Shown: positions 10,810-22,400 of the stretch, piece by piece
How the letters are laid out: each line of letters opens with the position of its first letter
Position numbering within the stretch: the first letter of the stretch is position 1
NCBI GenBank assembly: GCA_002269645.1
Contig: NIVC01001905.1
Location: 1-64,000, forward strand
Source of the DNA: Macrostomum lignano
Taxonomy: Eukaryota
Direction of reading: 5' to 3'
DNA length: 64,000 nucleotides
Notes under the pieces: generated by a model
Told to the model about the DNA's origin: nothing
The model's input: only the letters and a program-made list of their open reading frames with translations
Databases searched by the model: none
Position numbers and translations under genes: made by a program

Positions 10810-13134
10810 TCAGGTAGCTGTTGGCATGTCGTTAGCAGCAGTCAGAAGAGGTGCGCCAGTCAATGGCATTGTAGAACACTGATCTTGGACGTTGTCAACA
10901 TCGGCGCACACCGAACACGAACCGTCTGGTGTGAACAGGTCTGCCTGTTGCTGCTCAGACTCCAGACTGAGCCGGTGGGCGGTGTGCACATAGTGAGCTC
11001 GAACTCGTGACGGGTTGAACTCAAGCCGGCCAGCCGGATTGGCGCAGGCCTCGGGCCGGGCGCAGGCGCACGGAAACCCGGCGCGGTCAACCTTGAAAGA
11101 ATTTGAATGAGAATGGACTCGTTTGGTGAGCAAGTCATTTTGCCAGTAGCTTTGGGCACTGCCGCCTAGCTCAGTATAACGCTGAGCTACCTCTGCCACC
11201 TAAGGATTTGACTTGGCTTATTTAAAGAATTTTTTAACCGATACCACATCGTTGCAGTGCTTCTTCCCGGTTTTATTTTCAGTTTGTTTACCAAAAGCTA
11301 AGAGAAAATTGTTGGCCAGTAAGGTGTCACCCGGGACTACAGATGTACCGCCATAGGCCTCGCTTACCTGACAAGGAATCTCGTCTCCGGCGCACGGACA
11401 AACGCCCAGAATGCAACCGTCTGGACAGTCGCAGCCGCAGCGCTCCCGGCTAGCCCGTATTAGCCGGCACTCCGCCCGCTCCTCCGCCGAGTCCGCACGT
11501 CGGACGCCGGACTCTCGCAGCAGTTGGCGACGCGATCTAACTGGCAACGGCGACAGAGCCTGGCCGTCTTCGGCTAAACGGAAACCGAACGCTGCCGAAT
11601 AGCCGGTGCTGCTACTACTGTTATTATCATCGACTGGCCGATCATGCGGAGCCAGCGACTCAACGGCGCAATGGTTCAACTGCATGCCAAGGCCGACGCT
11701 ACCGCGACTGGGGACGCAGGAGAAGCCGAGGGCGCGTTCGAATAGAAACGCGCGAATCTGATCGGCAAAGCGAACCCGACGCGGCGGCCGCGACTGGCCC
11801 GTCTGGGACCGCGAGGGCGAGTGTCGTCGGCACTTGAATAGCGATCGGAGCGGCCGGGACGGCGATTGGGATCTTGCCCTTACCCGGGACTGGGGCCCGG
11901 ATCTAAGCAGTGACGGAGATTGGGATCTAGTCACTGACGGAGACTGGGATCTAGTCACTGACGGAGACTGGGATCTAGTCACTGACGGAGACTGGGATCT
12001 AGTCACTGACGGAGACTGGGATCTAGTCACTGACGGAGACTGGGATCTAGTCACTGACGGAGACTGGGATCTAGTCACTGACGGAGATTGAGATCTAGTC
12101 ACTGACGGAGACTGGGATCTAGTCACTGACGGAGATTGGGATCTAGTCACTGACGGAGATTGGGATCTAGTCACTGACGGAGATTGGGATCCAGTCACTG
12201 ACGGAGATTGGGATCTAGTCACTGACGGAGACTGGGATCCAGTCACTGACGGAGACTGGGATCTAGTCACTGATGGAGATTGGGATCCAGTCACTGATGG
12301 AGACTGGGATCTAGTCACTGATGGAGATTGGGATCTAGTCACTGACGGAGATTGGGATCTAGTCACTGACGGAGATTGGGATCTAGTCACTGACGGAGAT
12401 TGGGATCCAGTCACTGATGGAGATTGGGATCTAGTCACTGACGGAGATTGGGATCCAGTCACTGATGGAGATTGGGATCTAGTCACTGACGGAGATTGGG
12501 ATCTAGTCACTGATGGAGATTGGGATCTAGTCACTGGCGGGGACTGTGACCGCACAGCATGGGATAGGGACAAGTGAGGTCGAGAGGGATGCGGCTGGGA
12601 CGGAGACCGGGACCGAACTAGACAGGCGGTAGACTGTGATCGCGACATAGCCTGCGATGGACCGTGACGCCAGATATGAGTTCGAAGGCGAGAAGTGGCC
12701 ATTGATTGGAGTCGAATATTCTCAGCCTGAACAGGCAGCAATTGTACGCGGACTTGAGAATTGTCAGCTCGGCCGCGGCCAGTGCTAGACGCGGGTAGAT
12801 AGGGCGGTTCAACTTGCTGCATAGGATGCAGCTGCTTCCGCTGCAGTGCAGCATCCTTGCGAATTACGAGACTACTACTGCTCAACTGTTTAGTCATAGA
12901 CTTCAATCTGTTTGGAGCTGCAGAGGTCGCAGCGGTGGGCCTCAGACGCTTTCGATCTAGCAGGCAGGGGTCAGTGCTGACCTCGGATGAACCCAGAGAA
13001 GGAGTTGCGAACTGTGGGTTGGCTCGCTTCATGCCTGGGACTGAAGTGAAGTTACGTAATCTCAGGGTTCTGTTCTGCAGGCAAACTGGAAATGCAGGTG
13101 GGCAGACTGTTTTCATTGCATTTATAGCATTCAT
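10810..13134 (-). CDS. CSRNP: CSRNP (cysteine/serine-rich nuclear protein, AXUD1-like) with internal 8-aa tandem repeat, 2 coding exons, ~680 aa
   Basis: Exons 13134-11368 and 11091-10810; phase-0 intron (CAG|gtaagc...ttcaag|GTT). Family motifs VRF..I..F.F.R.LGFSCVPSRG...LGM, RRQLLRESGV, ECRLIRASRERCGCDC, CPCAGDEIPCQ|VDR.GFPCAC, CANPAGRLEFN..RVRAHY.HT. Confidence 0.9.
11905..12555 (-). repeat. Coding 24-bp tandem repeat, ~27 copies, encoding (R/G)SQSPSVT
   Basis: Unit gggatctagtcactgacggaga(c/t)t on + strand, in frame inside CSRNP exon 1. Confidence 0.95.
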
Positions 13135-13149
13135 GAATGGGTTCTATTT

Positions 13150-14883
13150 ACAATGGGGTCACTCCAGCCACAATAGGGTCACTCTATCTAGAATGGGGCT
13201 CACTCTAGCTGTAATGGGGTCACTCTAGCTGTAATGGGTTCACATATGCTGTAATGGGGTTCACTCTAGCTGCAATGGGGTCATTCCAGCTGCAATTAGG
13301 TCACTCTATCTAGAATGGGGTCACTTTTTCTACAATGGGGTCACTCTATCTAGAATGGGGTCACTCTGCTACAATGGGGTCACTTCAGCTGCAATGGGGT
13401 CACTTCAGCTGCAACAGTCACTCTGCTGCAATGGGGTCACTTCAGCTGCAATAGTCACTCTGCTGCAATGGGGTCACTTCAGCTACAACAGTCACTCTAT
13501 CTAGAATACCCGTTGAAAACGAGACCGTGACAAGAGTCGCTAAAAAGTCGTTGCAAACAACTCTCTAGACTCTAGCGCGTCTGGGGCGACTCCTGTGACT
13601 TTTTAACGACTCAAACGCGTCAAATCCGACGGAGAGGTGATTGTTGCATCACAAGCGCGTCACGTGAGTTGTAGAAGCGTAAAATAGTCGCGAAAAAGTC
13701 GTCCAAGAATATTTGTGCTGGCACTTAACTTTCCGCTAACTCAGTAGGCTAAAACTGAGTGTTTATTGCACGATGAAATCGGCACCTAAGCCAAGAAGCG
13801 AAAGAAGTGATTCTAACGACTCTAAACCATGAGGATGGACAGGCCAAGAGGCGGCAACAGCGCAACGAAGCATTAAAGGGGGGAGCAGCAAACGACGCAA
13901 GCCACTGAACGCGGCAGAGCAATGGACACATACGATTACAAGTCGTCAAAAAAGTCGCAGAAGAAGCGTTTTAGCGTCATTTTAAAATCGTTAGTGCATC
14001 ACTTCTGAGTCGATAAGCATGCGTTTTCTATTTGCCCAGAAGTAACGATCCAGCAGTCTGTTTAAGGCCGGTAGTAACGACTCTGTGACGCGTCCAGAGC
14101 GCCTCAGAAGTGCTGCACTAACGATTCTGCAGTGACGCTAAAGCGCTTCTTCTGCGACTTTTTAGCGATTCCAGAACGCCGCTAAAACGCCGGAAATGTG
14201 ACTCTGATTTATCAAGCGACGCAAATGCGCTTCAAACACAACTCAACGACTCTAATGCGACTCTAGAACGCCTCAAATACGACTCTTCGGCTCCAGAATC
14301 GTTTCAGAGTCGCAGACAATACAACGCTTCAAAGTGATTCTGAGGCGACTCTTTGACGACTTTTTGGCGACTTGTACCGTGACATCTCGTCGCTTTAGAT
14401 GTGTTTAGAATCACTTCTTTCCTATTTAACCTGTGTCATCTGCAACGCGTCTAGAACGACTCTGGGGTGACGCAAGTGACTCCGGGCCGCTTCTTGTCCC
14501 AGGTACAGTTTTCATCGGGATAGGGTCACTCTATCTAGAATGGGGTCACTCTAGCTGCAATGGGGTCACTCTAGCTGCAATGGGGTCACTCTAGCTGCAA
14601 TGGGGTTCACTCTAGCTTCAATGGGGTCACTCTAGCTACAATGGGGTTCACTCTAGCTGCAATGGGGTCACTCTAGCTGCAATGGGTCACTCTAGCTTCA
14701 ATGGGGTCACTCTAGCTGCAATGGGGTTCACTCTAGCTTCAATGGGGTCACTCTAGCTGCAATGGGGTTCACTCCAGCCGCAATCAAGCCATTCTATCTA
14801 GAAAGGAGTCAATTCAGCTGCAATGGGGTCACTCTATCTCGAATGTGGTCGCTCTATCTAGAATGGGGTCACTCTAGCTGCAA
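13150..14883. repeat. ~20-bp minisatellite (CAATGGGGTCACTCTAGCTG)n split by a transposon insertion (about 13150-13505 and 14520-14883)
   Basis: Same unit on both sides of the 13509-14519 element; lies directly 5' of the CSRNP ATG. Confidence 0.9.
13509..14519. mobile_element. Non-autonomous CMC/EnSpm(CACTA)-like DNA transposon, 1011 bp
   Basis: Termini CCCGTTGAAAAC / GTTTTCATCGGG (11/12 inverted match); ATA TSD at 13506-08 and 14520-22. Interior is packed with GAGTCG/CGACTC, AAGTCG/CGACTT and GACGCG-type short repeats. Removing it plus one TSD restores a satellite-like unit ctagaatagggtcactc. Confidence 0.8.
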
Positions 14884-15519
14884 CGAGTTAAGTAATGTTT
14901 CAATAAATAAAGAAGACCAATCTAAGACGATATTAAGACAAACTGCCACCAAAATCGGCGCATTCTTATAATTACATTTACTAATTGGCATTTGCAAGCT
15001 TCAATTGCATTTTATAGTTTAGTAAAATAATAACCGATATATTACGTTATAAAAAATAGAAGCATCTTTGGCCTGTGTGTTAACCCTAGGGGCGCTAAAT
15101 AAACGATAAAATAAAACGGACAAAAATAAGTTCAAAGATAGCATAGAATGCATTTGGGGAAGGCTAAATAAAAAAATGTCATGGTCGCAAAATTATAAAC
15201 GCTTATTTACACCACTGTGAGTGCTAAATCATTTCTAATTATACAATACCATACTATCACCAAAATTTGCTATTGCAACTGCAAGTACTTAAAAGACTCG
15301 ATAGTAGAAATACGAAGCTTAAATTTCGCTAAATTGCCCACACCTGAGAATTATTGCTGCTAAACTGGTCTGCATGTGTGCCATTTATGCAGCCATATTC
15401 AAATTTACGCAGGCATCCAATCAGGAAGTGTAGATTAGTTCTTAGTTAAGAATTAGATTAGTTAAGAAAATTTTTAGTCCTATTTATTTCATTTGAAATT
15501 ACGCTCGTTTGATTTCAGG

Positions 15520-15972
15520 ATCCCCCGGGATTTCAGGATTGGGATCTTTGGATTTCAGGATCGCGGACTTTAGACACAAGAATCCTGGGATCCCAGGATT
15601 TCAGGATTGGGATCGCGGGATTTCAGGATCGGGATCCCGGGATTTCAGGATTGGGATCCCGGGATTTCAGGATCGGGATCCGGGGATTTCAGGATTGGGA
15701 TCTTAGGATTTCAGGATCGGGGTCTTAGGATTTCAGGATTAGGATCCGGGGATTTCAGGATCGGGATCCGGGGATTTAAGGATCGGGATCCGGATATTTC
15801 AGGATCGGGATCTTAGGATTTCGGGATCGGTATTTAGGATTTCGGGATCGGTATTTAGGATTTCAGGATCGGTATTTAGGATTTCGGGATCGGTATTTAG
15901 GATTTCAGGATCGGTATTTAGGATTTCAGGGTCGGGATTTTAGGATTTGAGGATCGGGATCCTGGGATTTCA
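15520..15972. repeat. ~20-21-bp degenerate minisatellite (GGATTTCAGGATCGGGATC(CCG/TTA))n
   Basis: Visible tandem array just 3' of the ARL5 stop codon. Confidence 0.9.
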
Positions 15973-16059
15973 AAATCCAGATTCCTGTTTTTCAAAGTAC
16001 GAAATTTTACACAATCCTTTAACAAGGAAAATTTATTTATTTATTGTTTATTTATTTTG

Positions 16060-16593
16060 TTAAACCTTTGCCTGACAAACCAGCCATTCCATAGCCGCTG
16101 TGAGACCTTCTCCGCTCAAGGCGCAGCAAGCTTGAATATGCCAAGGCCTGCAGCGCAGACAGGTGAGGTCTAGTGCTCGACTAATCTCGGCTGCAGTTAA
16201 CCTGTTAGCAACATCCTGCTTATTAGCTAGAACCAATAGGGATGCCTTGCGCAGCTGATCGGATGACAGCATACTGTACAGCTCGGATTTAATCAGTTCA
16301 AGACGCTTCTGGTCTGAGGAATCAACAACCAGTATGACAAAATCTGTGCCAGAATAATATGACTCCCAGGTAGACCGCACTGAACTCTGTCCGCCAAGAT
16401 CCCACAATAAAAATTTCAGTCCACGCCATTGCAACTCTTCAACATTGGATCCTATAGTTGGAGCAGTATGGACAGTTTCGCCCAGCACTAGCTGGTAGAG
16501 TACAGTGGTTTTGCCAGCATTGTCTAGTCCTACTAGAAGCAGTTTGCATTGACGGCTGCCAAACAGGCGCCTAAGCTTGGCGAGGGCTACACC
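16060..16593 (-). CDS. ARL5: ADP-ribosylation factor-like GTPase ARL5; CDS uninterrupted from Gly2, initiator Met not encoded in this exon
   Basis: Frame extends 5' of the track ORF: GVALAKLRRLFGSRQCKLLLVGLDNAGKTT...TAPTIGSNVEE...WDLGGQ...ANKQD...WHIQACCALSGEGL, an ARL5-type signature. Preceded by acceptor ctaatttcag| at 16594-95. 177 codons plus Met = 178 aa. Confidence 0.9.
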   Translation of the reverse strand, partial: GVALAKLRRLFGSRQCKLLLVGLDNAGKTTVLYQLVLGETVHTAPTIGSNVEELQWRGLKFLLWDLGGQSSVRSTWESYYSGTDFVILVVDSSDQKRLELIKSELYSMLSSDQLRKASLLVLANKQDVANRLTAAEISRALDLTCLRCRPWHIQACCALSGEGLTAAMEWLVCQAKV

Positions 16594-19414
16594 CTGAAAT
16601 TAGATTGGAGAGGTTTAGTTGTTGCCGAAGTGATAGTTAATCTATTTATATTTATCCCTCATTCCTTCCCTTTATTTATGTGCCATAACACCAATACTCA
16701 ACTCTTGACTTGGTCCAAATCTTTGCTTCACATCAAAGCAACTATTTGATATTTGGATTGGTTAGCTTTCTGATTCCAATTTGAACTGAATATTTGGTTG
16801 ATTCAATTCAATTCTGAATATTTGTTCAATCTCTACCATTACGGAATGCAATGATATTTGCATTCACAAAAACATTGTAGGACATTGTGATGCACAGAAA
16901 AAAGTGCTACAATTTATGTTGCACTAAGAGACAACAATATAACTTATTCAATTTAAGATTGTCAAATTCATTCAGTTTAAAAAATATACAACAATTGTTG
17001 CAATTTTGTTTAAAACTCTCATTTATAACAAAGATTTCATGCTAGGTTTAAACCAAGGAAATGTAAGATAAACTAATTTAAAGAATTATAAATATATCTA
17101 TATAAATCTATTATGACTCAATAATTTAGATAGTGGTATATATCAAGATTGATAATTATTAATGTCAAAAAAGAAATACAAGTAATAGATTCAAGCCCTA
17201 CACAACTTAGATATTTCATAGTACATAATTTAACATGCAATTTGGGTTTGTACTATAAAGCTGTTGAAGCATAAGTTTGATTGTACATTGGAACTTTTAC
17301 ACTGTGAAGATAGGAGCTAAGAATGATCTTATCTTACAATGGCTGCATATAATGGGCCCTTTGTCCCTTAGGTATTCCACACATTGTTTGGATAAAAGTG
17401 TATTACTTATCTTTCTTATTAGTGTAGGCTAAGACCTTATTGGCTAACTTAACCTTGGTAGGCTATGTATGACTAATTAGTAATGGCTAAAAGGAAAGAC
17501 ATCAATTTAGCCTAGTTGAAAAAACTTTTTTGTCCCTTTTCCAAAGTACACCCTTTCTACTTTATAAAATATTTCCACATATACATATTTAGCAAGCTTT
17601 GTCAATTGCTATAAGGGTCTACCCATATAGCTAAGGGTAAATATATAGGTTTTTTAAAGAATACAATCCACTTTGGTAAAAGCCACTTTGGTAACAAAAA
17701 CAAGTCTTTTAAAAGTAGTTATTGTTACTTAAAATGGTTCATAGATTAATTTCCTGGAGTCAAAATAATTTAATGAATGAAACTTGACAGTCTACTTTAG
17801 ATTAGTAAAATGCATGAAAGCAAATAATAGAGAAAACAATTTAGACATATTAGCATCAGCAAAAGACAGTTCTGAATTCACGTAGCCTCGACCTTTAGTA
17901 GACCTGTGATTTAAATCTGATGATTGATGAGTAATGATGACATAAAAGCATATTTTTCGTCGTCAATGCGTCGAGACTCGCGATTAGGATTTTATTTTAT
18001 TCGAAAGCTGTAAATTCAAATTATGTGAAATCTAACTTTATTGATTAAAACTGCTAAATACTTTTTTTAAATAAATAAAATCATAAGTGGTTTTTTTTCA
18101 GCAATAAAATTCTCTACAGCAAATATTGTCATATGAAATAGATTCATATGAAAATTTGTTTGTTCAACACAGCAAAATGTAAACGCGATATTTTAAACTA
18201 AGCTAGAATTATTTTACAAATTGCTAATTTGTTGACCATGCTGACTATACTTTAGTTAACACGCTGTTGAACCGGGGCCGGGTAAAAGTCTGTTGACGCT
18301 CACTAGTGAAGTCGGTTTAGCCTACTATAGAAATGCTTAAATCTTGCGTCAAACCTATAGGAAAAGGTCAAGGACCTGATATACAACGGTGCATGTAACT
18401 TCTACATACATGTAGTGGTTCTTGACAATCTTGGAAAAGGTTTATATTTGTTTTTTTATTGCTACATGTACAGCAACAGCCTCTCGCGTGCTGATCAGAA
18501 AGCGAAACTCGTAACCTTGAGTAAAGCAAGGTAGACGCCCCGAGCTGCTGAATATAGAAGGATCATCGAACCTGGCGACGCATAACAGTAGAATTAGCGT
18601 ACGGTGATTAACTAGCTACATGTAAATGTCTGCCTGTCGTGGCATTTACATGTCAAGGACTACTAAACAACACTATTGTTCCTTGGTACATGTACCTGTG
18701 TCTGGTGCCATTATTGACACCATCGGTGCCGCAAATTAAAAGTTACTTTTAAGTTAATATTTATAATTACTACTGCCCCATCTAAGTAAGTCAACTGCAA
18801 ATTTGGTATACCTCTGGCAATCAGCGAATAACACAAATCCCCGTCTGCTTTTTTGTCCGATATTTCAGGGAAAAATTGAAAAAAGAATTCAAAGCAAATC
18901 AGTTAGAGACAGTTCTTTGAGGAAATAGGGAAATATCCTTATAATTGTATCAAAGCATAAAGTGTCGTCTGCTTCTACACCGTAAATTTTGCCATTGTAA
19001 TGGATCTTAGAAACCTTTTTTAGTTCGAATTAAGAAGGTGGGTCGATCTTATCCCTTGGTTAATTTTAAATTTACATCTAGCTGATTATAACTATTGGAA
19101 TCTCCGGTTGTATGATTGTAAAATTAATAGTAGCGCTTGCTTACCAACGAAGGAGTTTTAGAAAAAGTTAAAGTATAATCGTATGCAAGTTATTGTTGCA
19201 ATAAAATTAAGCTGAAAGTATTGTATGAATACAAATAATCGACCAGTACGCATAAAGCACATTATTTGCCTCAATTGAATATTACCATCAAGGCTTCGGT
19301 ATAAATAGAATCACAGAATTTCAAGTTGAAGAATAATTTCGTGAAAAAGATAATTGCAACAATTGGGTAAAAATAAGAAATTAAAAAGTCCTATGTAGAG
19401 CCATATTTGACTGA

Positions 19415-22400
19415 TTAGAACTGCTGGGGTTCGTCCACCTCCTTGAGCTCGCCAACTGCCGGCATGTAAGTGGACAGTCGCCTTCTAATTCTCTCCAGTC
19501 GCTTCTGCAGCTGCGGATCCGTCACGCCAGATCCGGCATCGTGACTTCCGCCGCGGCCGCTGCCACCGCTGCTGCCTCGGTGTCGCAGCGCGAACTGCAT
19601 GCCCTCTGGCTCCTTCTTCTCCCCTGTCGGGTTGGCGTCCTGCACTGGTCGGAGGATCCGACCGCGGCCTTTCAGCGCAGCCTTCAGCTCCGATTTCAAA
19701 CTGTCGACGAGAGCCGTGTCAAAGTTCGTCGGGTTACCGCCGGCTGAGGGGTGTTTTATAAAGCTAAGTTTGGTCTTACGACATTAAGGCCATACAGACG
19801 AGGCCAACTCCTCCTTTGGAGAAGAAGGGGGATAGAACTCCCATAGCCAGAATTGCCTGTCCTAACTTCGAGCTTCTTAAGTTGGAACCCCTTGAAACAA
19901 CCCCCCCCCTCTGATGGAGTTAAAGATGTCAAGATATTCAGGTGTCAGATGTCATGGATTCGGGTATTGTTGTCAGATTTTTATCCAGTGCTTTTGTTAC
20001 ACAGTGAAATTCGACTTAACTGACTTCAAACTGTACAATTTTCGAAAATACCTGTCTGCTGAGCTCCTGCCATTCTCTTGATAGAGTTTATTGGTCGCCG
20101 AAGCACAGGCGCTGGCGGCGGCGGTGGTGGCGGTGGCGGTGGTGGTGGCGGAGGCGGCGGAGGTCGCGTTTTCAGAGCTTGAATTTGCTCCTGAAGCTCC
20201 AGTAGTTGTTGTCGATGTCGGCAGATGTCTGTGAAAAGTACGAATTGTAACGGATGTTACAAACAACAAAGTACGTTACTGAAGGGATCTCATGTGCGCT
20301 GTGGACAATACAACTCGGTACGGATGCTGGAGTTGCCGACGGTGCATTACACCATGACGGCCACTATTATTTATGAGGTGTAAATAAAAAAATCAAGCCT
20401 CATGACAGCAAACTGCAGCTATTTTTAGAGATCTTTCCTGCATACATTAAATTCATAAATCAGATTGGAAACTGATTCTTAATCAGCCGATTAACTTACA
20501 ACTCCTTAATTGCAACAGATCCGAAAGCAAAGAGTTCAATAGGCTTTTGCAGCAATCGCAGTTTCTTGATATTTCAGTTTCAGTGCCATCTGACTGTTGC
20601 TGGTTTTGCTGCTGCTGCGTCAGGGACTGCCTCACCCGTTCTAGCATGGCTTCTACTAGGCCTGCGGGCTTGTTTACTTTCTGAAGAAAAAAACGATGAC
20701 TTTCGTGGGTTATTGATTGTATACGAACGCTGATGGACACAATATGCATGTACTGAAAAAGGCTGCAACACTTTTACCAAGTCCAGAAGGTTTGGCTCCT
20801 CTTTTTCGTGTTCTTCTTGGGCACGTTTTGTCGGTTCTTGCGGTTCAATAATCTGTTCGTTCTCTTGAGATTTATGAGTTTGCTCATCCTGTTCGTTGTG
20901 CTGTTCGTCTTGTTGATAGGGTTTCTCACCCTGTTCCTGGGGTTGTTGATCTTGTTCTGGACGCCGAATATCCGTTTCTCGAGGTTTCTCAACCTGTTCT
21001 CGAAGGTTCTCATCCTGTTCTTGAGATTTCCCAACCTGATCTTGAGGTTGCTCATCCTGTTCTCGAGGTTGCTCATCCTGTTCTCGAGGTTGCTCATCCT
21101 GTTCTCGAGGTTGCTCATCCTGTTCTCGAGGTTGCTCATCCTGTTCTCGAGGTTGCTCATCCTGTTCTCGAGGTTGCTCATCCTGTTCTCGAGGTTGCTC
21201 ATCCTGTTCTCGAGGTTGCTCATCCTGTTCTCGAGGTTGCTCATCCTGTTCTCTTGGTTGATCATTTCGTTCTCCAGGTTGATTAATGAGCTCTCCGGGT
21301 TGCCTGATGATTTCTCGAGACTTTTTAAGATTTCGAGCTTGTCCAATCAGCTGTCGACTTGGCTCAATAGCTTCTCGAAGTTGTTCATTTTGTTCTTTCG
21401 CCTGCTGCTTCTGCTCTAATGGCTCAACAGGATGTCCGAACTGTTTTTCCTGTTCTTGAGACAGCTCAATAGCTTTTCGCGAATATTCAGGCTGCTCCTT
21501 TCGAGCCACTTTAAAATCCGCGTCGTGCTCCTGCATCAGCATGGTTAATCGTCGCAGTGCTTGCAACCTCTCCGGTCTGCGGAGCTCCAGATCTTGCCTG
21601 GCCTTCCGCAGCGCATCCTGCGCGTCATCCTGCGCCAACTGCTCACTACCAGCTGCCTGGTCCATTGACCAATCTTCCGAGTCAGACGACGAAGACTCAG
21701 TGTCCTGGATTAGCTCTTCGATGGCGTCAACAACGCTGGAACAGCAGAAACTGTCTGTGAGATTGCGTCTTTCTCCGCCGGTTCTGCCAACGACGCTGCC
21801 TCCATCGTCATCGGCGCTCTCGCTAACGCCCTGCAGCATGAGGTGGCCTAAAACGGCGCAACTTCGAGTTTTCACCCGACGGGCTTCAATGGCGAGATCG
21901 GCGCAGGCGCTCTCTGCTGCTTGATGATAGATGAGGCTCCATTCTAGCTGCTTCTCCAGCCTCTCAGCGTGCTCCATCAGCTGCTGTCGCTCTGTGAATT
22001 CAAACGTAATGTAAAGATGATGCGCTTACTTATTACCTCCACAGAGGGTTTTTTGAGCATTGCTTAAAATCAAGGCTACAATAGACTGCAGTCAGCGAGG
22101 AGTCAAGTAGTAATGCCCATTCCGCACTGACTCCTGATGAACATGGAAACTCAAACACAGATACACAAGCAGGCACACGTTCACGCGGGGACAGCGGCCC
22201 CTCACTTTCTCATCTTCAGGCACAATTTGCAGACGTAAGTCGTACGAAAAGGCCACAGTTTAGCTCGATATCCGTGCACGAGCCCCAAATTAATGTTCAG
22301 ACGACGGAGAGTCAGACACATCACCCCCCCCCCCGGGCTACCCAGTTAAAACTCCGGTAGATTTCTAATGAATAATGAGCTACTTTTACTGGATCTACCA

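Noticed and set aside
17880-17990. Cluster of TGATGA motifs resembling C/D snoRNA boxes
   Set aside because: No paired D box (CTGA) with a terminal stem identified; AT-rich chance match.
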